NCBI GenBank assembly: GCA_963718915.1
Contig: CAVRAI010000004.1
Span: 1,019,706-1,051,705 of the forward strand
Source: an uncultured Chloroflexia bacterium
GTDB taxonomy: Bacteria > Chloroflexota > Ktedonobacteria > Ktedonobacterales > JADMIN01
Length of the DNA: 32,000 bases
Direction: 5' to 3'
The position numbers were made by a program, and so were the translations under genes. Positions within the stretch are counted from its first letter, which is position 1; each line of letters opens with the position of its first letter. The notes below the pieces were generated by a model, which was not told the origin of the DNA, did no database searches, and saw only the letters and a list, made by a program, of their open reading frames with translations. This document shows, piece after piece, positions 9,859-19,335 of this stretch.

Positions 9859-10856
9859 GCAGCGACTGCCTTTCCACGTCGCACGCGGCGCTTGAGCTGT
9901 CGCAGGCGTGGATCAGCAACTTCGTCGATGCCAAAGTTCAATAGAGCAAGCCCTGCCCCTAGCAGAGCTATGCAAAGCCCCGGCGGAGCAAACCACCACC
10001 ACGCGACCTGAAAGAGTGCACTGCCTGTCTGCGCGTCGTAGAGCATCGTTCCCCAACTGACAGTCTGGTTGTCACCGAAGCCGAGAAATTCGAGGGCGGC
10101 GACAGCAAGAAGCACCTGAATGGTCGTGGTAATGAAGCTGGCGGCGACAATTGCAATCTCGTTAGGGAGGATTTCGAGAAAGATGATCCGCCATGTTTTC
10201 TCCCCAACGGCGCGAGATGCAGTAACGAATTCGCGATTGCGCATCGAGAGCGTCTGCGCGCGCAGTACCCGCGCGCCCCATGGCCAGTTCGTCAGCGCGA
10301 CGATGATGGCAATCGTGAGCGAGGAACGATTGAAGTATTCGACGGCGACAACCGCGAGCGGAAAAGCCGGAACAACCAGAAAGACGTTGGTAATGACTGA
10401 GAGGGCGTCATCGACAACACCGCCTAGGTAGCCACTGACCAGGCCAACGGCTATCGAGATAACCATGACCATCAATCCCGTGATGAAGGCCCACATCACA
10501 GAGCTGCGGGTTCCGACGATCAATTGCACGAAAACGTCCTGGCCACCCTGGTTGGTTCCCAGCCAGTGTGCCGAAGAGGGAGGCTGCACTAGAGCTTTGG
10601 TATAGGCAAAAGGGTTCTGGCGAATGATAATTGGCCCTATCACTGCTACCAGAATGAAGATGGCGACAATGATACTGCCTGCCATCACTTTTCGGTTGAC
10701 TGTCACCATACTCCAGAAGCGATGCAGCACATGGCGGATACCCGCGACTGTCTTTGTCTCCCCACCTGATTGTCGCGACGGCATCGCAGATACACCGTCC
10801 GCTTTGTTGGCTGTCGTTGTTGATACTGTTGGTAGCGGCGTCTGCTTCATGGTCAT
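9855..10856 (-). CDS. ABC transporter permease, DppC/OppC-like, with an N-terminal extension
   Basis: Multi-span hydrophobic protein. The ABC-permease EAA-type loop region (ASRAVGEKTWRIIFLEILPN) is present. Sits in an operon with the ATPases. Confidence 0.85.
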   Translation of the reverse strand: MTMKQTPLPTVSTTTANKADGVSAMPSRQSGGETKTVAGIRHVLHRFWSMVTVNRKVMAGSIIVAIFILVAVIGPIIIRQNPFAYTKALVQPPSSAHWLGTNQGGQDVFVQLIVGTRSSVMWAFITGLMVMVISIAVGLVSGYLGGVVDDALSVITNVFLVVPAFPLAVVAVEYFNRSSLTIAIIVALTNWPWGARVLRAQTLSMRNREFVTASRAVGEKTWRIIFLEILPNEIAIVAASFITTTIQVLLAVAALEFLGFGDNQTVSWGTMLYDAQTGSALFQVAWWWFAPPGLCIALLGAGLALLNFGIDEVADPRLRQLKRRVRRGKAVAA

Positions 10857-11845
10857 GCGCTCCTCTCCTGGCGCACGCGCGGATCGAGCACGGAGTAGAG
10901 TACATCAACCACCAGATTCATAAGCACGGTTGCCACAATGATGAGCAGGAGAATGCCATCCGCCAGGAAGTAGTCCTGACCCTGGATTGCCTGGAAGAGC
11001 GCGTAGCCTATACCGGGATATGAGAAGACGATTTCAACCAGGAGCGCCCCACCGACAACGGTTCCAAGGGCGATAGCGAACCCAGTCACACTTGGCAGGA
11101 TCGCGTTGCGCGCGGCATATGCGAACATGATTCGTCGCTGCCGCAGCCCTTTTGCCTGCGCCATCAATACATAATCTTCCGAGAGGGTTGTCACCATCGA
11201 GTTGCGCATCGTCAGCATCCAGCCCGCAATGGTCGAGATGATCAGGGTGAGCGCAGGCAGGATAGCGTGGTATGCCGCACTCAAGAGAAAATCGAGATTC
11301 CAGCCGGGTGTCAGCGAAAGATCATAGCCATCGGAGAAAGGGAACCAGCCAAGGGTGAAGGCAAAATAGACGGCCATTAGTGCGAGCCAGGGATACAGAA
11401 TCGAGTAGAAGAAGGTCATCACCGACGAAAGCAAGGTGTCCACTGCTGTGCCACGCTTCCAGGCGACGACGATGCCAAGCAGTGTGCCCAGCGTGAAGCT
11501 CAAAATGACGCTTACAGAGAGCAGCACCAGAGTGAACTTCATGTCCTGCCCAATGATGTCCGTGACGTTATGTGGGTAGAAGGTGGTTGAAACGCCGAGA
11601 TTGCCATGTATCAGGTTGTTGAGATACGCAATGTACTGCACCCAGAGCGGATCGGTCGTGTTCACGCCGAACTCGATCTCTAGAGCCTTCAGTGTCGCCG
11701 GGCTGACCGCGCCGTGTTGCGATAACCGGGCAAAGACGATCTCCGCGGGATTCCCAGGCGCCAGGCGAGGTAAAAAGAAGTTGATGGTCACCGCAGCCCA
11801 AATTGCCAGCAGATAGATGCCAATGCGACGGATCACGTGACGCAC
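10853..11845 (-). CDS. ABC transporter permease, DppB/OppB-like
   Basis: BPD-transport permease pattern (MAQAKGLRQRRIMFAYAARNAILP). The ORF is open to 11947, but GTG at 11845 is preceded by AGGAG and gives the typical N-terminus VRHVIRRIGIYLL. The start is uncertain. Confidence 0.8.
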   Translation of the reverse strand: MRHVIRRIGIYLLAIWAAVTINFFLPRLAPGNPAEIVFARLSQHGAVSPATLKALEIEFGVNTTDPLWVQYIAYLNNLIHGNLGVSTTFYPHNVTDIIGQDMKFTLVLLSVSVILSFTLGTLLGIVVAWKRGTAVDTLLSSVMTFFYSILYPWLALMAVYFAFTLGWFPFSDGYDLSLTPGWNLDFLLSAAYHAILPALTLIISTIAGWMLTMRNSMVTTLSEDYVLMAQAKGLRQRRIMFAYAARNAILPSVTGFAIALGTVVGGALLVEIVFSYPGIGYALFQAIQGQDYFLADGILLLIIVATVLMNLVVDVLYSVLDPRVRQERSA

Positions 11846-11978
11846 TATGCGACTCCTTCTGCGTATAGGCCTGACAGTCAGGTGGGTGGTCAATGCGACC
11901 ATCCACCTGTGGGCTGGTGGCGAGGGGATGATCTCTTGCGATTTCATCCCCGGCGCCGAATTAAGAAAGACCTGTCTG

Positions 11979-13667
11979 CTATGCTGGCGTCAAGTGCAGG
12001 ATGACTTGCTCGTTATCGCCAGCTGCGAGTTGATAGGCAGAGCCAATCGCGTATGGATTCTGCGGCGTCGGCCAGCCAGTCCAGTTAACGGTCGTGTATT
12101 CGAAGAACTGGATGGCGTCAAGTACCGGGATAACCGGGAACTGCTCGGCCATGATCTTAGTCAGCCCCTGGATTGCCTGAACCTGCGTAGCGGTGTCCGA
12201 GGTCGAGGAGTACTGTTTAAGCAACTGATCCGTCTGCGGATCGTTCCAGCCAGCCCAGTTCGTCGCGCCTGTGCCGCTGATGTGCGAGCTGTTGAGCAGC
12301 GGCTCCAGGTAGTAGAACGGCGTTGGGCCAAAGAAGCCGCCGGTCATGGTCAGGTCGAAGTTGTGCGAGGCGCGGTCAGCGCGGAAGTCGTCGTCTGAAA
12401 CCTTGTTCAGCGTGAGGCCGATGCCTGCGGCCTGAAGATTCTGCTGAGCAATCTGCAGGTCCTGCACATAGTCGGAGTAATCGCCCGGTACCGTGACCTT
12501 GAAGTTGAGTTTGTTGCCCTTGGCGTCGGCGTAGATGCCGTCGGAGCCTTTCTTGAAACCAGCGCCCTCGAGAATCTGGTCAGCCGCCGAGGCATTGGCA
12601 GCGGAGAACTCAGGCAGCTTCCCATTATACTGCGCGTCCAGGTATTTCTCCTGGCCGGGCATCAGCCCTGTGGGACTGGCGGGCTGCTCAAGTCCTGCCT
12701 CACCGGCGGTGGACATCTGCTGGCGGTCAAGCGCGACGCTGATGGCCTGACGCACGGGGAGTTGCGCGAGCAACGGATTCTTGAGGTTAGGCACGATCTG
12801 CACCGGCACAACCGGTACCATATAGACGTGGTTGTGCTGTGGATCTTTGCCGACAAACGCTGTCTGCAGGGCGGCGTTGAAGATGCCGGTCCAGTCCGCC
12901 TGATGGCTTGCCATCTTGAGCAGGGCAGTGTCGTTGCTATTGACGACGGGGTAATCCAGCTCGTCTACCTGCACCTTATCAGCCTGCCAGAAGGTCGGAT
13001 TCTTCACGTACTTGATGACCTGGGCGTCGAAGCTCTTGAGCTTCATTGGTCCAGTACCGACGGGGTTCGGATTGACATATTTCGTCGGGTCACCTACGCT
13101 GGACCACAGATGCTCTGGCACGATGTACGTCTGCTCGATGAACGGCAGCAGTGTCGGCGCGGCATCGGTAAACTTCATTACCACGGTGTTGGCGTCTTGC
13201 GCCGTAACGCTGGAGAAGTGCTGCCACAGCCCGGCGGAATCGGCCGCAGGGTATTGCTTGAGCAAATTGAACGTGAAGGCGACATCATTCGCGCTGAAGG
13301 CCTTGTCGTCGGACCACTTAACGCCCTGACGAATCGTGAAGGTCAGCGTCATATTATCGGCACTGTATTGATGACCAGTTGAGAGCATTGGTGTTTCCTG
13401 GCCAGTGACGCCATTCACGTAAGCCAGATTCTCATACACCAGGCCATCAACGCCGCAGTTCACGTTCGGGCTAAATGGGCTCATGTTCTGCGTAAACGAG
13501 CCACCGACGGAGCAAATAGCTGTTAGCGTATGGTTGCCGGTCTTGCCCTGATTTGTGGTACCACAAGCGACCAGTACGAGGGACAACAATGCGAGAAACG
13601 TAAAGGCCAGCGACGTCGCTTTGCCTTTCGCCCAGCGAGAGCCTGGGGGGAAAGAGCCAGGAGTCAT
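11979..13667 (-). CDS. ABC transporter substrate-binding lipoprotein, family 5 (Dpp/Opp/chitobiose-binding type)
   Basis: 562 aa. The signal peptide has a lipobox (LVLVAC-G). Length and composition are SBP_bac_5-like. GGAGGA lies 6 nt upstream of the ATG. First gene of the minus-strand operon. Confidence 0.85.
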   Translation of the reverse strand: MTPGSFPPGSRWAKGKATSLAFTFLALLSLVLVACGTTNQGKTGNHTLTAICSVGGSFTQNMSPFSPNVNCGVDGLVYENLAYVNGVTGQETPMLSTGHQYSADNMTLTFTIRQGVKWSDDKAFSANDVAFTFNLLKQYPAADSAGLWQHFSSVTAQDANTVVMKFTDAAPTLLPFIEQTYIVPEHLWSSVGDPTKYVNPNPVGTGPMKLKSFDAQVIKYVKNPTFWQADKVQVDELDYPVVNSNDTALLKMASHQADWTGIFNAALQTAFVGKDPQHNHVYMVPVVPVQIVPNLKNPLLAQLPVRQAISVALDRQQMSTAGEAGLEQPASPTGLMPGQEKYLDAQYNGKLPEFSAANASAADQILEGAGFKKGSDGIYADAKGNKLNFKVTVPGDYSDYVQDLQIAQQNLQAAGIGLTLNKVSDDDFRADRASHNFDLTMTGGFFGPTPFYYLEPLLNSSHISGTGATNWAGWNDPQTDQLLKQYSSTSDTATQVQAIQGLTKIMAEQFPVIPVLDAIQFFEYTTVNWTGWPTPQNPYAIGSAYQLAAGDNEQVILHLTPA

Positions 13668-13948
13668 TCCGATCCTCCTCAGGAGTCATGTGGCGCCGCG
13701 TTGCCACGCAGGTTTCGCGACACAGACGGACCTTATGCGCAAGGAAGTGCTTATGAAGAGACCCAATCTCGAAATGCGCGCGATGGATGCAAAGCGTGAG
13801 AATTACCCGCTGATCGAGGCGCGTGAAGCGATGCGCCTGCGAGACCAGTGCCAGTGTGCTGGTGCGGACTCAGCCCTCCTCTCTGGCGACAGTGGCTGTT
13901 GTTGACAGGCGGTTGTCGAATTGACACGACCGGGCCGCGTTGGAAGTC

Positions 13949-13977
13949 ACTATAAGGTAGTCTTGGATATTTGTCAA
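13949..13977 (-). promoter_or_regulatory. Sigma-70-like promoter for the ABC importer operon
   Basis: On the minus strand: TTGACA (plus 13972-13977), a 17-nt spacer, then TATAGT (plus 13949-13954). This implies a long (~270 nt) leader before the SBP start. Confidence 0.5.
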
Positions 13978-13986
13978 GATGTCTAG

Positions 13987-13998
13987 TGGTCTATACCA
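13987..13998. promoter_or_regulatory. NagR/DasR-type (dre-like) operator TGGTCTATACCA
   Basis: AGTGGTCTATACCATAT differs from the DasR/NagR palindrome core TGGTCTAGACCA at one central base. It lies between the divergent ABC-operon and SIS-gene promoters. Confidence 0.6.
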
Positions 13999-14002
13999 TA
14001 TC

Positions 14003-14011
14003 TGGTATGAT
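14003..14011 (+). promoter_or_regulatory. Extended -10 promoter element (TGgTATGAT) for the SIS/NagB-II gene
   Basis: TG-n-TATGAT at 14003-14011, about 90 nt upstream of ATG 14099 and directly flanking the dre-like site. Confidence 0.4.
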
Positions 14012-14098
14012 ATTCATGTAATGCCCATCTGTTGAGTCGCCCAATAGTTCCAGTGATGATATTCGTTGGATACCCTGTTTCGAACTGGAGGAGTACTG

Positions 14099-15145
14099 AT
14101 GGCATCGCCGAAGACATCCTGGCTCGCGCGCGAAATAGACAGCCAGCCCACACAGATCGGGGAACTGCTGGTGCGAGAAATTCCACATATCACTGAGATT
14201 GTGGCGCGCCTGCCACCTTTCTCATATATTGTGATCGCGGCTCGCGGCTCTTCCGATCACACGGCGACATACGCGGTCTACTGTTGGGCGGCGCTGGCCG
14301 GTTGGCCGGTCGCGTTGGCCGCGCCCTCGCTTTACACGCTCTACGCGACACCGCCGCGGTTAGAGGGTGCGCTGGTCGTTGGTATCTCTCAGTCAGGTCA
14401 GTCGCCAGATATCGTAGCCGTCCTGGCTGAGGCCAGACGCCAGGGACGCCCGACACTTGCAATTACAAACGACCGAACTTCTCCATTGGGGGGTACTGCC
14501 GATGAGGTTGTCGAATTGGGCGTGGGCATTGAACAAAGTGTTGCCGCGACCAAGACCTACGCTGCTCAGTTGGCGGTTATCGCCACCTTCGCGGCTATCT
14601 GGAGCGGTAACCCTGAGCGTGTGGCCGAACTGCATGCCATGCCTGCCGCTCTGGATGCCACTCTTCATGGGACGCGCGACATCGTCGCGCGTGCTCAGCG
14701 CTATCGTGACGTGGACGGGTTCACTGTTATCGGTCGAGGCTTCAACTACGCAACCGCTTTTGAACTGGCGCTCAAATTGAAGGAACTGACCTACACCCAG
14801 GCGATAGCCTACTCTTCCGCCGATTTTCGACACGGCCCGGTAGCGACCATAAGCAAAGGGTCTCCCGTAATCCTCATGATGCCAGGAGGCGCCGCATATG
14901 CTGATATGTATGAGCTGGCGCTCGATTTGTGTCAGCGCGAGGCTGATCTGCTGGTGATCTCAGATGTGACCGAGGGATTGGCGCTCGCCACGACACCATT
15001 CCAGCTTGCCGCAACTGTACCAGAGTGGCTTAGCCCATTGACGATGATTTTGCCTGGGCAGATGCTCGCGCTGCAACTGACACTCGCGCGTGGCTTGGAT
15101 CCTGACGCGCCACGTGGTCTGCACAAAGTGACGCGGACACTCTAA
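14099..15145 (+). CDS. Double-SIS-domain sugar-phosphate isomerase/deaminase resembling the GlmS isomerase domain; candidate GlcN-6-P deaminase NagB-II
   Basis: Has the GlmS C-terminal-like motifs (ARGSSDH, GISQSGQSPD, VAATKTY, GRGFNYATAFELALKLKE, ADFRHGP) but no glutaminase domain. GGAGGA lies 6 nt upstream of ATG 14099 (the ORF track starts at 14066). Confidence 0.75.
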   Translation: MASPKTSWLAREIDSQPTQIGELLVREIPHITEIVARLPPFSYIVIAARGSSDHTATYAVYCWAALAGWPVALAAPSLYTLYATPPRLEGALVVGISQSGQSPDIVAVLAEARRQGRPTLAITNDRTSPLGGTADEVVELGVGIEQSVAATKTYAAQLAVIATFAAIWSGNPERVAELHAMPAALDATLHGTRDIVARAQRYRDVDGFTVIGRGFNYATAFELALKLKELTYTQAIAYSSADFRHGPVATISKGSPVILMMPGGAAYADMYELALDLCQREADLLVISDVTEGLALATTPFQLAATVPEWLSPLTMILPGQMLALQLTLARGLDPDAPRGLHKVTRTL

Positions 15146-15164
15146 AAGTTTCGAAGCGCAGCGA

Positions 15165-16352
15165 TTAGAGGCTAGTGAGTCGGGCGCGCCAGGCGTCGGT
15201 AGCATAGGCGAGCTTGCCGCGGCAGAATGTCGCCTGGAGCGTCAGATCGGGCGAGAACAGGAGCAGATCGGCATCATAGCCGGAGTGAAGTCGTCCTTTG
15301 CGGTCGTCCACGTGGATAGAGTGGGCAGGATTGAGCGTCAGCATGCCTACCGCTTCTGAGAGCGAGACTGGCATCATGCGCAGGGTGTTGCGTAACGCCT
15401 GATCCATCCTGAGTACACTGCCGGTGATCGTGCCGTCGGCCAACCTGGCAGCGCCTCGATCGACATGAGCGGGCTGCCCGGCAAATTCGAATGTGGCGCC
15501 TTCTTTCCCAGCGCCTGCCTGCGCGTCTGTGATGACAATTGTACGGTCAGGGCCGAGCGTCCTGTTCACAATAGTGACCATCGCGGGATGGACATGTACA
15601 CCATCCACGATAAGCTCTCCCGTCACCTGGGGCGAAAGCGCAATGGCTCCCAATGGGCCTGGCTCGCGGTGTAGGAGTGGGCGCATGGCGTTGCAGCAGT
15701 GGGTCACATGAGTGATACCTAGCTCGATGGCCTCGAGAGTCTGTTCAAAGGTTGCGTCAGTGTGGCCAATACTGACAGTCACGCCAGCCTCGACCAATCG
15801 ACGGATGACGGGTGCGGCGCCAGGCAGTTCAGGCGCGATGGTAATGAGCCGCAGGTGGTTCGAGGACAACTCCAGCAGCGTGTTGGCCTCATCTAGATCA
15901 GGCAGCCGCAGCCACGACGCGAGGTGTGCGCCGCGTCGCGCCGCGTTGATATAAGGGCCTTCGAGGTAGATGCCAACTGGTTCGGCTCCTATCCTATCCC
16001 GCTCGCACGCGACTACTGCCGCCTCGATCTGGGGTATCGGCAGAGCGTCTGGCACTCCTACGACCGCAATCAGAAAGGATGTGAGGCCGGTGCTTGGCGC
16101 CCAGTGCGCAAATGCGTCAATCTCGGCAGGATCGCTAGTGTGCAGATTGAAGCCGCCACCGCCGTGTGTGTGGATATCCAGGAAGCCAGGTGTGAGAATC
16201 ATGCCATCGACGTCGAAGGTTGCGCCATCGGACTCAACGTCGCGCAGGCCCTCGGTAAGCGCTTCGAGTTTACCGTTGTTGACAATCACTGTGCCGAACG
16301 TCAGGTCCGTTGTAGCATCCACCAGTCGTGCGCCGCGCAATATAAACCGCAT
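15165..16352 (-). CDS. nagA: N-acetylglucosamine-6-phosphate deacetylase
   Basis: Amidohydrolase fold with NagA motifs: PGFLDIHTHGGGG, ITIAPE, SIGHTDA, THCCNAM, DGVHVHP. Confidence 0.9.
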   Translation of the reverse strand: MRFILRGARLVDATTDLTFGTVIVNNGKLEALTEGLRDVESDGATFDVDGMILTPGFLDIHTHGGGGFNLHTSDPAEIDAFAHWAPSTGLTSFLIAVVGVPDALPIPQIEAAVVACERDRIGAEPVGIYLEGPYINAARRGAHLASWLRLPDLDEANTLLELSSNHLRLITIAPELPGAAPVIRRLVEAGVTVSIGHTDATFEQTLEAIELGITHVTHCCNAMRPLLHREPGPLGAIALSPQVTGELIVDGVHVHPAMVTIVNRTLGPDRTIVITDAQAGAGKEGATFEFAGQPAHVDRGAARLADGTITGSVLRMDQALRNTLRMMPVSLSEAVGMLTLNPAHSIHVDDRKGRLHSGYDADLLLFSPDLTLQATFCRGKLAYATDAWRARLTSL

Positions 16353-16497
16353 CAGCCTGCCCTCCGTTCGAACCGATTGTGTATGCGAGTCTGCGTGCCA
16401 GGTGTTCTCACGGTAAGCCGGTCGTCTCCGATGGACGGTCGTTGAACCGCTGCACTTGACAAGGTTAAGAACCTATGCGACCATGGCGACTGTAATG

Positions 16498-16525
16498 TGG
16501 TCTATACAACATGTCAAGTATACCA
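16498..16525. promoter_or_regulatory. Pair of dre-like half/whole sites in the nagA / GntR-regulator divergent region
   Basis: TGGTCTATACAA (16498-16509) and AAGTATACCA (16516-25; reverse complement TGGTATACTT). A TTGACA lies at 16456-16461 upstream. Confidence 0.5.
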
Positions 16526-16644
16526 TGCATCTACGTTGTACCATACCGAGCCGTTCAAGGCAAGAGGGCACATATGCCTTCTTTCTCTGCACGCTCCTGT
16601 GATACAGTGTCTGACAGGGATTGACGCCACCAAGGGAGAAATCA

Positions 16645-17397
16645 ATGGTTCTGGATATCATTCACAGAAACAGCCCTATCCCCATCTACTACCAACTCAA
16701 AGAAATCTTGCTCAAGAAGATCCGTACCGGCGAATGGGTTCCAGGCGCGCTCATCCCCTCGGAACGCGAGTTGTGTGAGACCTATGGCATCAGCCGCATG
16801 ACCGCCCGTCAGGCTATTTCTGATCTTGTCAACGAAGGTGTCTGCTTCCGTGAGCAAGGCCGGGGCACGTTCGTCAGTCCGCGTAAGATTCAGCAGCAAC
16901 TTCAGCACCTCTCTGGCTTTACCGACGATATACGCGCCCGTGGGCAACTACCCGGCACAAAAGTGCTTGTCTCAGCCATGCGGCCCGCGAATGAAACCAC
17001 CGCTGATCGCCTGCATGTTGCAGTGGGAAGCCCCGTCTTCTGTCTGGAGCGCTTGCGCCTTGCCGATGACCAGCCGCTGGCCGTCGAGCGGACACATATT
17101 GTCTTCAAGGGCTGCGAGTTGCTTGTAGACGAAGACTTCGAGCATAATTCACTCTATCGCACGCTCGCCACCAAGTTTGGTGTGCCGCTAGTCGAGGCCG
17201 ATCAGGAGTTGGAGGCTGGCCTGGCAAGCGCCGAAGATGCCCAACTGCTCCAGATCGCCGTCGGGTCGGCCGTGCTCTATACCCGTCGGACAACCTACAC
17301 TGATCGGAACCAGCCCATTGAGTACGCGCGCTCGGTGTATTGCGGCAATAAGTATATCTTCTACACACATCTCAGACGTGAGCAACTGCTCGGTTAG
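16645..17397 (+). CDS. GntR/HutC-family transcriptional regulator (wHTH plus UTRA effector domain), NagR/YvoA/DasR-like
   Basis: The N-terminus IYYQLKEILLKKIRTGEWVPGALIPSERELCETYGISRMTARQAISDLVNEG is a GntR HTH; the C-terminal UTRA-type domain follows. ATG 16645 is preceded by GGGAGA (the track start at 16621 is TTG). Confidence 0.85.
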   Translation: MVLDIIHRNSPIPIYYQLKEILLKKIRTGEWVPGALIPSERELCETYGISRMTARQAISDLVNEGVCFREQGRGTFVSPRKIQQQLQHLSGFTDDIRARGQLPGTKVLVSAMRPANETTADRLHVAVGSPVFCLERLRLADDQPLAVERTHIVFKGCELLVDEDFEHNSLYRTLATKFGVPLVEADQELEAGLASAEDAQLLQIAVGSAVLYTRRTTYTDRNQPIEYARSVYCGNKYIFYTHLRREQLLG

Positions 17398-17482
17398 CAC
17401 GTGTCTGATGTGCTGCGACTGGCATGAGACTGGCACGATATATCGTGAACATGTATCGAGGTGAGGTGAGGAGCGCAGCCTG

Positions 17483-18415
17483 ATGCCACCAAGCAACCGC
17501 CAAGACCAGCCTGACCTTTCGCTTCGCCGGTTGGTGACCGAGCAATCCAACACAGCGAGTGTTGAAATTGACCAGATGACACCGCTTCAGATAGTGCAAC
17601 TGATGAATGTGGAAGATGCTGGTGTAGCGGCGGCTGTTGCGAAAGTGTTGCCATCGATAGCGGAAGCGGTTGAGGCTATTGCCATCCGACTGCGAAACGG
17701 TGGTCGGCTCATCTATCTCGGCGCTGGAACTTCTGGGCGACTTGGCGCCCTGGATGCAGTCGAATGTCCACCGACGTTCGACATCGCGCCCGACCGTGTC
17801 ATTGGTTGTATCGCGGGTGGCTCGTTTGCGCTTGCGCAATCCGCCGAAGACCTTGAAGACAGCGCCGAGACCGGTCGTGCCGATATCGAGCGCCTGAACG
17901 GGGGCAATGCCGATGTGCTGGTTGGCATCACCGCGAGTGGACGCACACCCTATGTGCTTGGCGCGGTGGCCAGTGCACGCGAACGGGGAATGCTGGTGAT
18001 CGGCCTGGCATGTAATCCCAATACGCCGCTACATGATGCGGTGGATATCATGATCGCGCCTGATGTTGGGTCTGAGGTCGTAGCGGGTTCAACACGTCTG
18101 AAGGCAGGTACCGCGCAGAAGATGGTACTTAATATGCTCAGCACGGCGACGATGGTGCGGCTGGGCAAGACCTTTGGCAACCTGATGGTAGATGTGCGTG
18201 CCACTAACCAGAAATTGCGCGAACGCGCGCTTACCATTCTCGCTCAGTCAACGGGGTTGCCACGCGCTCGATGCGAGGAGGAACTCGCGGCGGCTAACGG
18301 TGAGCTGAAAACTGCCATCCTCTCGGTTCGCGCCTGTCTTACGCCGGCGGCTGCCAGGGAGCGACTTGCGCTGCATGGTGGCGTGCTGCGTGCGGCGCTG
18401 GAGGACGCGCCGTGA
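17483..18415 (+). CDS. murQ: N-acetylmuramic acid 6-phosphate etherase
   Basis: LVTEQSN...IDQMTPLQIVQLMNVED...GRLIYLGAGTSGRLGALDAVECPPTF...GITASGRTPYV...GSTRLKAGTAQKMVLNMLST is the MurQ SIS-etherase pattern. Confidence 0.9.
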   Translation: MPPSNRQDQPDLSLRRLVTEQSNTASVEIDQMTPLQIVQLMNVEDAGVAAAVAKVLPSIAEAVEAIAIRLRNGGRLIYLGAGTSGRLGALDAVECPPTFDIAPDRVIGCIAGGSFALAQSAEDLEDSAETGRADIERLNGGNADVLVGITASGRTPYVLGAVASARERGMLVIGLACNPNTPLHDAVDIMIAPDVGSEVVAGSTRLKAGTAQKMVLNMLSTATMVRLGKTFGNLMVDVRATNQKLRERALTILAQSTGLPRARCEEELAAANGELKTAILSVRACLTPAAARERLALHGGVLRAALEDAP

Positions 18416-19335
18416 GCGAAGGAGAGACCACCCCGCTGTTTCTGGGCGTCGATGGTGGCGGCAGTAAAACATTGGCTGTCATCGTCGACAAAACAGGTTG
18501 CGAGCGGGGACGTGGGGTTGCGGGATCCAGCAATCATGAAGTCGTGGGAGTCGAACGGGCGGTAGCCGCAATTCATGAAGCCGTAGGGATGGCTACCACC
18601 GCTGCCCATGCCGACTTCCCTCTGACGGCAGCGTGGCTTGGACTGGCAGGAGTCGATCATCCACATGACGTCGACATGCTAACACCAGCGGTTCGCTCGT
18701 TTGCCGCAACAGTTCGGATGACCAACGACGCCGAGTTGGTGCTTAGCGCGTTGCCACACCAGGTTGGCGTGGCTGTCATCTCAGGTACAGGATCGATTGC
18801 ACTGGGGCGCGACGCAAATGGCACATTAGTTCGCGTCGGCGGATGGGGGCATATTCTTGGCGATGAGGGCAGCGGTTTTGGCATTGGGTGTGAGGCATTG
18901 CGGTGTGCTGTACGTGCTGCCGATGGGCGTGGACCAGCAACAGAGCTACTCGATAGCATATTGAGACGCTGGCAACTTCCCGCGCCAGAATCCCTTCTTG
19001 AATACGTCTATCCAACCTTTGACAAGACGGCCATCGCTGCGCTGGCGCCGTTGGTATTGGCTCTCGCCCGGTCAGGCGACCCCATGGCGTGTAAGATCGA
19101 GGCTCGTGCCGCAAACGAACTGGCTCTGGCCACCATGACAGTTGCCCGCAGGCTCGACTTTGTCGCAGGATCGCTTCCAGTGGCGTGTGGTGGCGGCGTG
19201 CTGTTACATGAGGAGCGACTTCGCGCGCTAGTGGCCCGTCGTATTGCGCGCGTATGGAACGTCGAACAAGTGCTGGTAGAGGAACCGGCGTCAAGCGCAG
19301 CCCGTGCTCTGAGAGATTTGAGGCCAGGATTATGA
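18412..19335 (+). CDS. BadF/BadG/BcrA/BcrD-type ATPase-fold sugar kinase (GlcNAc / MurNAc kinase, MurK/NagK-like)
   Basis: LGVDGGGSKT (phosphate-1), NDAELVL, ISGTGSIALG and ILGDEGSG motifs. GTG start overlaps the murQ stop. Position between murQ and nagZ. Confidence 0.75.
   Translation: MSEGETTPLFLGVDGGGSKTLAVIVDKTGCERGRGVAGSSNHEVVGVERAVAAIHEAVGMATTAAHADFPLTAAWLGLAGVDHPHDVDMLTPAVRSFAATVRMTNDAELVLSALPHQVGVAVISGTGSIALGRDANGTLVRVGGWGHILGDEGSGFGIGCEALRCAVRAADGRGPATELLDSILRRWQLPAPESLLEYVYPTFDKTAIAALAPLVLALARSGDPMACKIEARAANELALATMTVARRLDFVAGSLPVACGGGVLLHEERLRALVARRIARVWNVEQVLVEEPASSAARALRDLRPGL

Noticed and set aside
13471-13905. ORFs 13471..13707(-), 13530..13799(+) and 13555..13905(+) in the leader of the SBP gene.
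   Set aside because: They overlap the SBP start or its predicted 5' UTR, have no RBS and have an off-frame-like composition.
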